Origin: Lobosporangium transversale
Lineage: Eukaryota
Length of the DNA: 64,000 nt
NCBI RefSeq assembly: GCF_002105155.1
Contig: NW_019028988.1
Location: forward strand, 62,001 to 126,000
Direction: 5' to 3'
The first letter of the stretch is position 1; each line of letters opens with the position of its first letter. The translations under genes and the position numbers were made by a program. Under the pieces are notes generated by a model that ran no database searches, was not told where the DNA came from, and saw only the letters and a program-made list of their open reading frames with translations. Below are positions 24,729-37,163 of this stretch, piece after piece.

Positions 24729-26514
24729 AATGGCATGTGTGTCTATCATTATACCTTCATCTTGCCCTCCAAATTATCTTGCAGGACACGATTAAATTCC
24801 TGGACATCATGCTGCATAAAGCTCTCTAACGAGTTCCATCCAAATGATTTTGTCAGCTCTGTGGTCCCGACAGAGTTATTGCTTGTTGCTAACTGATAGA
24901 AAACACGTTGAAGGGCTAATGATACGGACTTGGAAGGTTCATCTTCTGCTGTGGGGATGTTGAAGACAGCTTTGCGGAAATAATTGGTGAAGAACAAGGA
25001 CTGAAGAAGCGAGTTCATATAGCAGGTTGCTCCTTGGTTTTTGAGACCCACATATCCCGTCATCACCTTGGAATCATAGTCTATAAAATTGTGCCAGAGC
25101 ACTCCTGTTGGATCGTTATACACTCGTACATAAGCCGTGATTACAGTATGACCCTTGTCAAGCAGTGGCAGTCCTCGGTGATCAAGTGGAGTTTCCAGCT
25201 TTTTGATCTCTGTAAAGCGAGTGAATCCCCAATCAGCTTCCTCAATCGTGAACCGGTGCTGAGCATCTAGAAAAAGGGAGAAAAAAAAAAAAAAAAAAGA
25301 TGAGATGGCTTGCTTTTAACAAGAATGTTTTTTTTTTTTTTTTTTTTTTTTTTTTTGGAATCAAACCGCAGTCCAAAGTAATAAGACACTCTTCCTCCTA
25401 TGTTTTTGCTCCCTTACTATTTGCAATGTAGACTGTTGGATTATGTGGGTTGGACATCAAAAGTGCAAACTGAGCGCAGACATGCCAGTGAGGATCAGTC
25501 TGGTCCCTGGGTTCCGCAGAGTCCAGATAGAGAGCTACACTTTCAGGTGCATTGTTGCCTTGAGGAAAGAGGAGAATGCGCCTGAATAACAGTTGGTTGA
25601 TCAGAAATAACAACAACCAAAAAGATTAAAAAAAAACTTGATTAGCAATTTTTCATCTGTGGGCAAAAGGAGATGTGACAAGTTGACAACCTTTACGATT
25701 GATGATGAGGCAGATTGTGAATATGAATATAAAAGACAACAGAATATCATCATCGTCATCATCGTCATCATCAAGAAGAAAGGTTTTTTTGATGCAATTT
25801 ACCATTTGTATCCTCCAATCTCAAACTCAGGCCCTGTCACTCGCTTGTCCAGAGCTTTCCAATCGGTAATATGCCATTGGAACATCCCACATGCACGTTC
25901 TTCAAGGTCCGGATGAGTAGGGATCAATGTCTTGGTCATCCATTCCACTAAAGGGAGTCGCGAGTCAACAGTAAGGGGAAAATACAGAAATATATGAGTG
26001 ATCCTTTTTTTTTTTACTAGTGGCTTTCTGATTCAGTTGCCGCACGCAAAAGAACAAAAAAAAAAACTTTAAAGATATATGGATCATATGCATACGCATC
26101 CTTCACGTTACCATCATCGACCGAATGATATTCCTGAACAGCTGGTTTTTCTTCTATGGGTGACGCACGCTTCGGTCTGGTGTTGGGATGTCCTTCCTAT
26201 AAAAAAAGTGGTTTCATGGAACATGTTTGAATGACGCCATTGAGCAAATTTGTAATGTGGTACCTGAAATCGCCCGCTCATGCACCATTTTCTTATTAAT
26301 GTTCCGATGGGGAGATAATCACGTCTCCACATGGATGGATGCATACTTTTTTTTTTTTTTTTTTTCTTTTTTTTTTTTTTGCACGATGCACATATTGTGA
26401 ACGCAATGTATTTAACGTTGATTTTAAACACATTCATGAAATAAATAAAAAAAATTTATAGACAAGAGCGGAACGTGTGAGTGATAGGACAGTATTGACA
26501 TCAGAACGTACCAT
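21206..26514 (-). CDS. USP7: ubiquitin C-terminal hydrolase 7/15 (MATH + USP catalytic + UBL domains), multi-exon; 5' end uncertain
   Basis: MATH ([17 protein letters not shown]), Cys box [33 protein letters not shown], His box [18 protein letters not shown]-terminal IGLDHVDK. The start may be an ATG-only exon at 26514-26512. Confidence 0.95.
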
Positions 26515-27199
26515 ATTGCGGGGGAGATATTGATAGGCGAATACGAAGAGGCAGAGGAGGACAAGGACTTGAGGACTGAGGTAGGCAAAGACGAGGTGGA
26601 GTAGGGCGTCAATGATGGATAGATTTGTATTGAGTTATTGAGTCTTTTTATTTTTTATTTTTTTTTTTCTTTTGTTGAATGTTAGATAAAGTTGGTGATA
26701 TAGTTGGTTATTGTTGATGGTAATAGTCAAAGTGGATTGTAATAGAAGTAGCGATGATGGTTGTAGTGAAGAAGTGAGAGAAGTAGAGAAGAGAAGTAAT
26801 AGGGTGTGAAGTGAATATCAAACGTGAGGTTCTCTATTTTATTTTATTTTGGCGGCAGAAACAAAAAAGGGTTTGAAAGAAAAGAAGAGAAGAGTGAGGA
26901 AAAGAAGAGCCGACCGAGCACCCTTTTATCAAAATCAGTCCAAAAGTCCTCGCGTTGTTTTGTTCGCATGTTCGCACGCACACCTTGGCACATCCAGCAC
27001 ACTGACACACAGACAGTAAAAAAAAAAGTGGAAGAAAGAGATTTACATTTACGTGTTCTGTGCCAAGGCATCCTGCGTCGTATCACCTGACGAATAATCG
27101 ACTGCTTTTTTTTTTTTTTTTAGTGACGCTCCATCTCTCTTGAAGTAAGCTCTTTACTTTGCTTTTTTTTTTTTTTTTTTTTTTTTTTGTTGTTTGGCA

Positions 27200-29605
27200 A
27201 TGTCAGCAACAAGCGCTGCTGGACATCAGTCCCACCAGCCTTCATCCTCATCCTCTCAACAGGTCGACCCCGCCATCGAGAAACTCGTTCGTGAAACCAA
27301 ATCGCTCAAGCAAAAGATCGACCTTCTTGAAGCAGAAAATAAAGCACTCAAAAAATCACTTTTCGAGTTGTCCTATATCTACTCCTCACAGTTAGGACAA
27401 GAAAAGGCCCATTGCTGTCAGGATATACAGAAGTGCCATCGTTATAGTAATAATCATACCCATCACCAACAGCAGCAACCACAACAATATGGACATAATA
27501 ATCATCATACATCAGCAACAGCAACAGCAACAACGGACGAAGGAGATTCATCAGGAAATAATAGTATAACAGGAAAGGGTACAAGCGCCAATCCAAGTTC
27601 AGGTCAGAGCACAGTTGGCTTTCAGAATGATATGGCTCAGCTTTTGGATCAACTCCTCTCAAATATGACGATTACACAACAAAATCAAAACAAAGTCGAT
27701 GCAGGAACAACCAATCCTATCAGTAGCTCCGATCCTACCCTACGAAATGTAGAAACACAATTCAAGAATGCAGCAGATCTGATCAAGGCAGAAGAGGACA
27801 ACGTGCGGCGGCTGAATATGGGCAATATCGGTAAAGCAAAACAAAGCAAAGCAGGGCAAGAAGAAAATGAAGTTGAAAGAAGAAGAAAAAAATGTCGTCC
27901 AGGTTTCAAAAAAAAAGAGGCGAAAAGGATTAATTTACACCTTCTTTTTTCCTTTATTTAAATTTATTCCACAGTGTCGAGACAAGATGGATCTTCAAAA
28001 TCAGATGGACGACAATTCTACTTGAAAAACGACTTGAAGGGTCATCAAGGAGCTGTCTATGCTGTACAATACTCTCCTAATGGCAAATTCCTCGCTACCG
28101 GCTCGTTTGATAAGACTGTGAGGATTTGGGATGGCACAACGAATCAAAATGAGTTGTATGTTCTCAAGGGGCATGGACTCAATATATCGGATTTGGCATG
28201 GGGATATGATTCTACTGTTCTGCTTTCAGCTGCCTATGATAAGACCTGCAGGCTCTGGGAAGTCGAATCAGGAAAACTTTTGGATAATTTTGACCACGAT
28301 GGCTTTGTACAGTGTGTACGATTTCATCCGCAAAGTAGGCTAAAATATTTTATGATCATTATTACTATTCAAGGGAAAAAGAAAAAAAAAAAAATGCTTC
28401 TCCAAGGACAAGGATTGCAGATGGTTCTATAGCATCATTGCTAGAATTAATGCTCTCCTTACAAAAAAATTTAAAAATATATAGATAACAATATCTTCTT
28501 CAGTGGAACAACACGCAACCTATTAAGCATGATTGACATAAGGAGAGACAATAGTGGCGCACCTGCTACGGCGATCAAGAACGACACAATGGTCAACTCA
28601 ATGTAATTTTGCATACTAAAGTACTCGAAGTTTCTTTTGTCAACAATAGTCTTCAAAAAAATATCCGCAGCTTAACGAATTCCTCTTGGATGATTTGAAA
28701 CAAACAAATAATAGCTATGTATACCATGACGGTCTGACCGTCATATCCGGAGATTCTTCCGGATATCTGAAAACTTGGGACATCAGGATGGGTCGAGTAT
28801 TGCAATCCATTTTGAACGAGCCCACAAAAAAACCTATTTCTCATATTGCAGTCTCAAAGCAGCGTGGAACTTTGGATGGCATTGATAGCGTTGAGAATGA
28901 AGAGCCGGAATCCCGCTGGCTCGCTGTGAATAGCTATGACAATGGTAGAGCATGATTTCCGATTACAGACGGATTTTTTTTTTCTTCCTTTAGTTCAGAA
29001 ATGCTTATATATATGTTTTAAATACGCTTTTATATATATTTTCAGTAATTCGAGTTTATGATAGGGGATTCGAGCCACCAACGACAATACCACGTCTCAT
29101 CCATTCACTGAAGGGCTACAGGAATAAACATTGGCCTATCAAAAGCGCCTTTTTCCATGGACAAGAATGTACGCCGCTTACTTTTAGTGTGTATTTATGA
29201 GTTCCAGATTATCTAATTCATCTTATTGACGCACTTTTTTTTTTTTTTTTTTTTTTTTTCCTGCTTGTTTCATGTGTGATGCTGACAGATATTGCTGGTG
29301 CGGCGACTAGACGGCCAGGAAAAGTGCGAGGTGCTGACGGAGATGAAGAGCCCCAGTCGATTCTTTCAGACAAAGATATGCCTCTAGAGTCTAGTCTATT
29401 GCTTGCTTCAGGAAGCATGGACCCATACGTGTATCTGTTTGATGTTAGTGCAGGGGATGGACAATATGAACTACTTCAAAAGCTGCCTGGACATACGGAT
29501 CGGGTGTATGATGTGGACTTTCATCCGATTGATCATGTTCTCGCCTCAGGATCCGCAGATTTCACCGTTAAAGTTTGGGGTCGTGCCTCAAAGAGGAAGA
29601 AATAA
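27200..29605 (+). CDS. WD40-repeat protein with N-terminal coiled coil and low-complexity linker
   Basis: Exons ~27200-27830, 27975-28334, 28485-28602, 28715-28944, 29046-29168 and 29289-29605. Canonical repeats GHQGAVYAVQYSPNGKFLATGSFDKTVRIWD and GHTDRVYDVDFHP...ASGSADFTVKVW. Confidence 0.9.
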
Positions 29606-29735
29606 TCGTAGGAAGAAGAGCTCCATAAAGTCTTTTTTTTTTTTTTTTTTTTTGACAGTAAAATAGAAGATGGCTGCTTTGAACCATGTTGATTGTCTTT
29701 ATTTTATTTTTTATTTGTCATTTATTTATTTGCTT

Positions 29736-30510
29736 CTACAGCTTTCCGAGGCGAACAGCACCATCAATGCGAACGATTTCACCGTTCATCATTGGGTTCT
29801 CGATAATAGCACAAGCCAGGTGTGCAAATTCACTGGGCTTACCCGCACGGTAAGGATGAATCATGTGTTTTTCCAACACGGATTGCTTGATTGAGTTGCC
29901 CATAGGCGTGCTAAAGACCCCTGGGGCAATGGTGCAGACACGGACATAGCCTGCCAAGTCACGGGCCATGGGTAGAGTCATGCCAGCAACACCACCTTTG
30001 GAGGCAGAGTAAGCGGTTTGACCAGATTGTCTGAAGAAAAGACAAAAGAAAAAGGTCAATCGCAGTATTTTATTTGTCAGTTTGAATTTCAAACTGACAG
30101 TTTCAAAGAAAATAACTTTTTTTTACGTCTTGGATTTTTCTATTATTGTTACGTACCCTTCTGTATAAGCAATTGATGCGACATTAATGATGATACCAGG
30201 GTCCTCTAACGAAAGAAAGAAAGAAAAAAAAGTTTGTTGCTATTCGCGTTGCCACTGCCGATACATATTGAAATTGAGTAGAATGAACCTACCATCTTTC
30301 TCAGTCTGCTCTTTAACGTTAGCAACAATATGTGCAGCAATCAATCTGCAAACGTTGAATGTGCCAATCAAGTTGATCCTAATGACTTCCTCAAAGATAT
30401 TCAATGACTGTGGTTCTCCATTTCTGAACACGATCTAAGAGAACATTAAAAAAGAAAAAAGAAGTAGAAGGGCAATAGTATATGAATATATCGTGTGAAC
30501 AAAGTTGCAA

Positions 30511-30543
<33 letters not shown>

Positions 30544-31059
30544 GCTTTGTTTTTAGCTTTTTGTTTTTGCTTCACCTTTTGAGCCATGCCTATGCCTCCA
30601 CAGTTAATAACGCCCGAGAGATTGCCAAATTTTTGTACACCCTTTTCGATCGAAGACAAGACTGAATCCTCACTGGCAACGTCAGTTGCACCAGGCCAGA
30701 GGACGGTATCCGGGTATTCTGCAGCAATGGCCTCCCCACGCTCCTCATTGATGTCGAAAATCACAACCTTGCCGCCCTTTGCTACTATAGCGCGAACTGT
30801 CGCCTCACCTTGTTTGGAAGAATAAAAAAATGGTGAGCCGAGCTGTATAAATTAAACAGTTGACAAAGTGGAGGAAAATAACTGCCATACCAAGCCCGGA
30901 GCTACCGCCAGTAACAACAAATGCTTTCCCCTGGATATGCCTTAATTATTCAAAGCAAGCCTGAGCATTAGTATGTTTATTACTTTTGTCGTTTGGAGTT
31001 GAATTTTACATTATATTTTTTATTTTATTTTAATTTCACTGGTTTGTTTCCACCTACAT
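29736..31059 (-). CDS. HSD17B10: 3-hydroxyacyl-CoA dehydrogenase type-2-like short-chain dehydrogenase
   Basis: MHIQGKAFVVTGGSSGLG (start codon split AT|G by intron 31057-30941), INCGGIG, NLIGTFNV, GQTAYSASKGGVAGMTLPMARDLA, NGEIVRIDGA. Confidence 0.92.
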
Positions 31060-32043
31060 TGTTTTGAATGTATAAAAAAAGTGAGCGCGTGAAGATTGAT
31101 GGAGAGAGTGTACAAAGAATAAAAGAAGAAGAAAAAAAAAAAAAAAAAAAAAAAAAAAGAATGAAAGCTAATGTTTAATGTAGATGGTGAACCGGGGGCT
31201 ATGACCCTGTGTGCTGTCAAAGTAAACGGTATTTAGGAGGATCGGGCTTGAATATGGTTTGCACAACACGAGTCTCACCAAAGTTCAAGACGCGACGAAA
31301 GTGAGTCGATCAGAAACACCCTGTTGCAAGAAACCAAGGATCATGATATCAACAATCATCATCTGAGGCCCTTTTCTAAACCTCTCCTCTCCCGCATGTT
31401 TTTTTCTTGAAGCCGCGCTTAACACTCTTGAGCAGATTTCTCTAGGGACTGTTATACTTTCAACTTTTTCTTTGTTTCTCTTTAGGACAAGGATTCATTT
31501 TATAAAGATATAATTTACAAGTGCAGGCCTACTGTTTTTTCTATGCACGACTTGAGCCTTGCTTGATCGCTAACTTGGAATTAACAGCTTCATGTAACAA
31601 GCAACTTTACGTGATAGACACCCTGTTTGATATCATGTCCAACTACAGGGTATTCACCCCATGGTAATTACCGCAAAGCTTCTCACGTTTATGCATAGAG
31701 ATAGAGTTTCCTCGGCGGAAGGGATACGGCCATGGTTCACCCTGGCTAGTCCTTAAATATTACGGATTGGAGGACATGGCGAGTGCTTTGAAGGAGTCCA
31801 TAGTCTCAATAGCTTGAGAGAGAATCGATTGCCAGTCACCCACACACGGGGACAAAGGGGAAGAAGTGAGTCAAGATGTATTTGTTTTAATGAACTCAGA
31901 CAATATCTTCAAACACCCACAAGCTACTTCACCCGCAGTTGCTCATCCTCCCTTTTCCTTTCCTTCTTCCTTACTCACCTTTTCTGCATTTCCTATACCT
32001 CAACTCTCTTTCTTCATCTCCCCCCTCTGTCAACTGTATAATC

Positions 32044-33450
32044 ATGGCTGCATCATCTCAGTTCTCTATCAAATCCATTGTTCGTCCTAATATCTTGGCC
32101 CTAAAGCCATATCGTTGTGCTCGAGATGACTATTCCATGGGTGTACTTCTCGATGCCAACGAAAATGCTTATGGCCCCGCGTTGAACCCTCTTTCAGATG
32201 CAGCAGTTACCAGTTCTGGACTTGATATCAATCGTTATCCTGACCCACACCAGCATGATCTTAAGAATTTGATCGCCAAATTCAGGAATATCCCCAATGC
32301 CACTCCCGAGAACTTCTTTTTGGGTGTTGGTAGCGATGAAGTGATTGATATGGTCTTCCGGGTCTTTTGTGTCCCTGGCAAAGATGCAGTCCTAATCACT
32401 CCTCCGACCTATGGCATGTACTCTGTCTGTGCGCAGATCAACGATGTGGAGGTTCACAAGGCCACTCTAACCCTTGATGGGCGGTTTCAATTGAACGTTG
32501 AGGAGGTACTATTTTGTTGTCATAATGATCTTATTTACGGATTTTATTTTAGTTAAATCAATTAAAGAGTGAAATCGTAGCTATTTCAAACTGATTTTTT
32601 TTTTTTTTTTTTTTTTTTTCAACATTCTCTAGATCGAAAAACAGGTCGAGGCTCACCCTAATATCAAGGCTATTTTCTTGTGCAGCCCAGGAAACCCAAC
32701 TGGATCAGCATTGACACACGAGAGTATTCGTCGGGTCCTAACCTTGCCTAATTATAAGGGTGTCGTTGTTGTGGATGAGGCATATGTGGATTTCATTGAT
32801 GCCAACAAAGAAGGCACCACAGCTACCTGGGTTAATGATTATCCCAATTTGATTGTGATGCAGACCATGAGCAAGAGTTTTGGACTTGCAGGAGTTCGGT
32901 ATGTTTATTTTTTTAGAAAAAAAAAAAATGCTTTGAGATGATAAAGTTTATTTACTGTCTTTTTTTTATTTTTATTTTTTATTATTATTATTAATTGACA
33001 ACCTCCAGCCTGGGAGTTGCGATCACTACACCCGAAATAGCTCACTACATGAATGCTACAAAGGCACCCTACAACATCGCTAGTACGACCTCACGAGTAG
33101 CTCAGGAAGCTCTTCAGCCTAAAGCATTAGAAATCCTTCGTCAGAACATTGCAGTCATGGTTCAGGAACGCACTCGACTGTTGGAGGCATTCAAGTCTAT
33201 CTCAGGACTGGGTCGTGTTTTAGGTACCAACGATGCCAACTTTGTGTTAGTAGAGGTGTTGGACAAGGATGGCAAACCCTGTAATGAGCGTGCCCACCAT
33301 ATCTATACGGACATGGCCAAAAACCAGGGACTGGTTGTTCGATTCAGAGGCACAGAGATTGGATGTGAAGGATGTTTGCGCATCACTGTCGGTACACCTG
33401 AGGAGAATGATGTAGTCATCAAGAGGTTGACGGAACAACTTTCTGCATAG
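32044..33450 (+). CDS. HIS5: histidinol-phosphate aminotransferase
   Basis: Exons ~32044-32505, 32633-32898 and 33009-33450. Motifs PYRCARDDY, LLDANEN, NRYPDP, GVGSDE, CSPGNPTG, VDEAYVDF and the PLP-Lys motif TMSKSFGLAGVRLG. Confidence 0.96.
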
Positions 33451-33914
33451 AAACAACACACCAATGTGTTTATTTCACGAAAAAAAAAAAAAAAAAAAAA
33501 AAAGCAATATAGATCTTTCATTGAAATCAATATGTAAAAGTAAAAAAGAATGAGCCCCATATAGTCTTAATCATGTTCCCACTATTGCATTAATTATAAT
33601 GATTTTTTAAAAAAAAAAAAAAAAAAAAAAAATACCGTGTGTAAGGAAATACAAGAGGGAAGAGGCGTCTATGGTCGCGTTGCAAAGATGGCATTGATGA
33701 ATTGTCAATAAAAATAGGGGGAGGCTCTCGTTGGAGGCAGGGTGGAATAGGACTTTTAATTTTTCCCCTGATGCATTCCGCACAAAAAACTGCCACGTTG
33801 ACTCCTGGACTTCTTCTTCCTTTCCTTTCTTTCTCCTTCCCCCTTCCAATTTCCTTTGGGCACCAACCACCATCCGCATCATTATCCTTATCATATCATC
33901 TCTTCTTTCCCACC

Positions 33915-34427
33915 ATGACCCGCTCTTTACGCATACTCTTCATAATTGTACCATTGATCCTTGTTGTGTTATCGACTACTGACCGAGTCTCGGCTCAATT
34001 CGATATCTCCATTCCCTGCAACGACTGCTTGGAGAAACAAATTGTGACTCTTCCTTCTTGCGCAGGTGTCAACCTGTCAAACCTTTCAGACTATTCGAAT
34101 CCTCAATATAGGACCTGTCTCTGCGAGTCAACCTTTGATTACAGTTGGCTACAGCCATGCTCCACCAGTTGTCAGCCCAAGGAGCTTACGGATTTTCAGA
34201 CGAATTTCCCCGAGTTAATTAAGACCACATTCAACCTGACCTGCGTCAAACCCACACCCTCGTCTTCATCCTCTCCTTCACCTTCACCCACATCGAGCCT
34301 TGCACCCAACAGTGCTGTAGGACATCAACTACGATGGGGTTGGGGTAATCTAGATTCGAAGATGATCTTGGGATGGATTATAGTATTGATTTCATCCACT
34401 GCATTAACTATGGTGTCTAGTCTTTAG
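33915..34427 (+). CDS. 8-Cys CFEM-like protein with Ser/Pro stalk and probable GPI/TM tail (dispersed 6th family member)
   Basis: ATG 33915 MTRSLRILFIIVPLILVVLS; CNDC-x10-C..CLC-x7-W-x3-C-x3-C..C; PTPSSSS stalk; hydrophobic C-terminus. Confidence 0.85.
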   Translation: MTRSLRILFIIVPLILVVLSTTDRVSAQFDISIPCNDCLEKQIVTLPSCAGVNLSNLSDYSNPQYRTCLCESTFDYSWLQPCSTSCQPKELTDFQTNFPELIKTTFNLTCVKPTPSSSSSPSPSPTSSLAPNSAVGHQLRWGWGNLDSKMILGWIIVLISSTALTMVSSL

Positions 34428-35114
34428 ATCTACTACACTCTTTCACTATCTTATTTCACATAGAAACTCATACACATCTATATCTCTCTGTTTCCCCACT
34501 GTCAATTCGATCTATTCATTAATAAATACACAAGAATCCTCCCAAGAATGAGGGCTACAATCATGATGTCGGTTGGGTGGGATGAAATATTTGGCAAAAA
34601 AGTAAATAAATAAAGACACAGGAACAAGTGCAGGATGGCTCAAAAGTCCTAGACTGGTGCTTGTTATGCCTATTCAAAGCTTTCACGTACGACTGTGCAA
34701 TTGTAGTCTAGACTGCTTATCTATTTTACTGTTTTACTGTTTTAAAGAGACAGAGTTTCTCTGCGACGAGAGGTCGACCCATTAAAAAAAGAAAAAAGAA
34801 AGGCCAAGACAAATTAAAATTATAGCCAGTCTCTTGGCATTTTCTGTGAGTGCTTATAAAAAGTAGTGTCCTTTCCCATTTTACTTCCTCACTTTTTTCT
34901 TACCTCGATTCAACAACTTCAGTACAGGACAAAGACAAGAAAAAGATAGGACGAAACACAAACAAGTTTACACAGAAAGCCAAGAAAACAAGGAAGATCA
35001 ATCTCTATTCACACCCACACACTCTTTCCTTTCGGTCGAACAAAGCGCAAACGTAAAACGTAACAACACTCAACGCAAAGCACACAGAAAAGCACCTGCA
35101 CAAAAGGACACACC

Positions 35115-36485
35115 ATGTTTGCATCTCTTGTAGGACTCATCCATCAACCCAGCATTGCAATCCGGGTCCCTAATGACGACTCGACCTTCAATCCAAAGGA
35201 ATACCCCAGTCTCAGCTTCATTGCCACAGGAAAAGTCCAGGGTAAGATCCGACTTATCCATGGAACTGAGGATGATTCCAACCTTGCGATGATCTCAACT
35301 CGCATTTGGGTCACCAAAGAGAATGATAAAGATGAGGTTGCAATCAAGCTAAGCTTTGATAATAAGACACATGTGTTCACTCTTGAGGTAAAAAAAACAA
35401 AAAGAAAATTGTATTAGGATTTATACTTTGAGAAACAATAATATTGATTGGATAACATTGATAGGGACCAACACGGTTTGGAAGCTTCAACATTTATCAT
35501 GAGACGACCATCCAGATCCCTCGGTCATTCCAGCATCTTGGATCTCTGCGTCTCAAGGCACCCAACACATCTTTCTCGGCCGAAGGCCTTGATCATCTCC
35601 TTTGGACATCTGTCCAGACAGAGCTATCCAATGCAGCCATCGCACTTCAATACCTGGCTGCTGCAGACTCCATCGCCCTCCGGACCAGCAACTCAAGTAT
35701 CTCTGGTGTCTTCTCTGCAGGACATATTGATTTGACAACGTCCAATGGATCTATCTCTGCGAAACTCCGGGTCGAAGATGCACAGGATGGTCGACAATCA
35801 ATTGTGATGACAAAGACATCGAATGCTTCGATTCATCTACATGTGGATGCTACAACGACACGACAGGGTATTTGGATGGAGAACACAACCAAGAATGGCA
35901 AGATTGTGATTGGTACATTATTGGGCCCCAGTGAGAAGAGCTCAAACATTAGCACAACGACCTCGAACTCCAAGATTGAGTTCAATCTGGATGCTTCACA
36001 GACGGGACAGGCTTTGGAGGTGACTAACAAAACATCCAATGCCAGTATCCTGTCTTCTATCATGGTGCCGCCATCCCAATTTGTCAAATGCCTAGCACAG
36101 TCGGCGGATGGCTCCGTAACTGTGAATCTGGTAAGTAGTCGTGGCAGCGGAATAGGCTGTTAAAAATCGTGGAATGAAGGAAAACAAATCAAAGGTCCTT
36201 GATCTTTAACATCTGTTGATTATTGATAATATATTTATATATTAAAATATATAGACCGACGATTTCAAAGGCTGGTTCGACCTGGAGACAAGCAATAGTT
36301 CTACGACAGTCGAGGGATCCCATTTGATGTTTGAGACAGAAAAGAAAAATACTAAGCGTGGATATCACGACCAGGGTGAGAGTCAAGTCAAATTGTTGAC
36401 ATCGAACAGCTCTGCAAAACTGAACTTCTATTCTGCGGGAGCAAGCCTTGCAGCAGATGTCCTCGCCAAGCATGAATATTTGTAA
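35115..36485 (+). CDS. DUF4097/putative-adhesin-like beta-repeat protein
   Basis: Exons 35115-35387, 35465-36130 and 36255-36485 join in frame. Repeated (L/T)xTSN(G/A/S)SI units: RTSNSSI, TTSNGSI, KTSNASI, TTKNGKI, TTSNSKI, KTSNASI, ETSNSST, LTSNSSA. TATAAAA at 34855. Confidence 0.75.
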
Positions 36486-36713
36486 ATTTTAAATAGGCCA
36501 TGATGTTTGTGCGTGGAAATAAAAAAGAAATAAAGTCTGTTGCCACAACATTGACCAATGCAAGGGTGTGATTTTGAGCACTTGACTGTTAAATGAAAAA
36601 TGACTGTGCCTGAAACAACACAAAACCTTAATTTTTTTTTTTTAGTTGAATCAGTTCAACAATTCATTTGTTCAGAACATTCATCCACTTTATTGCATTA
36701 TTAACATTCAAAC

Positions 36714-37124
36714 ATGGATCACTTCACACTCGAGTCGCAGGTAGCCCTGCCTGGGCCAAGTCAACCCATTCCTGTGGTAGTTTATAAGCATATCCATACC
36801 TCCATGCGACTTGTCTTTGTCGATATCCCTGGTCCACAGGCCACAGCCACTATCATTGTGCCCACCATTGTTAAAGACTCGCGTGGTCTACCTCATACTC
36901 TGGAGCACCGTAAGTCTCTAATGGCAGATGTTGCTGGATTTTTCCTTTTCTTTTTCCTCTAATTACTTCAATTTGCTAACATTTAGATGAATTATCTTCA
37001 TAGTGGTCTTTTGCGGATCAAAAAACTACCCTAATAGAGGATACCTCGATTCATTGGCCAACAGATGTCTTTCCACTGGTACCAATGCATACACTGTACG
37101 CTTTACATGTCTGGAAACAAGAAC

Positions 37125-37163
<39 letters not shown>

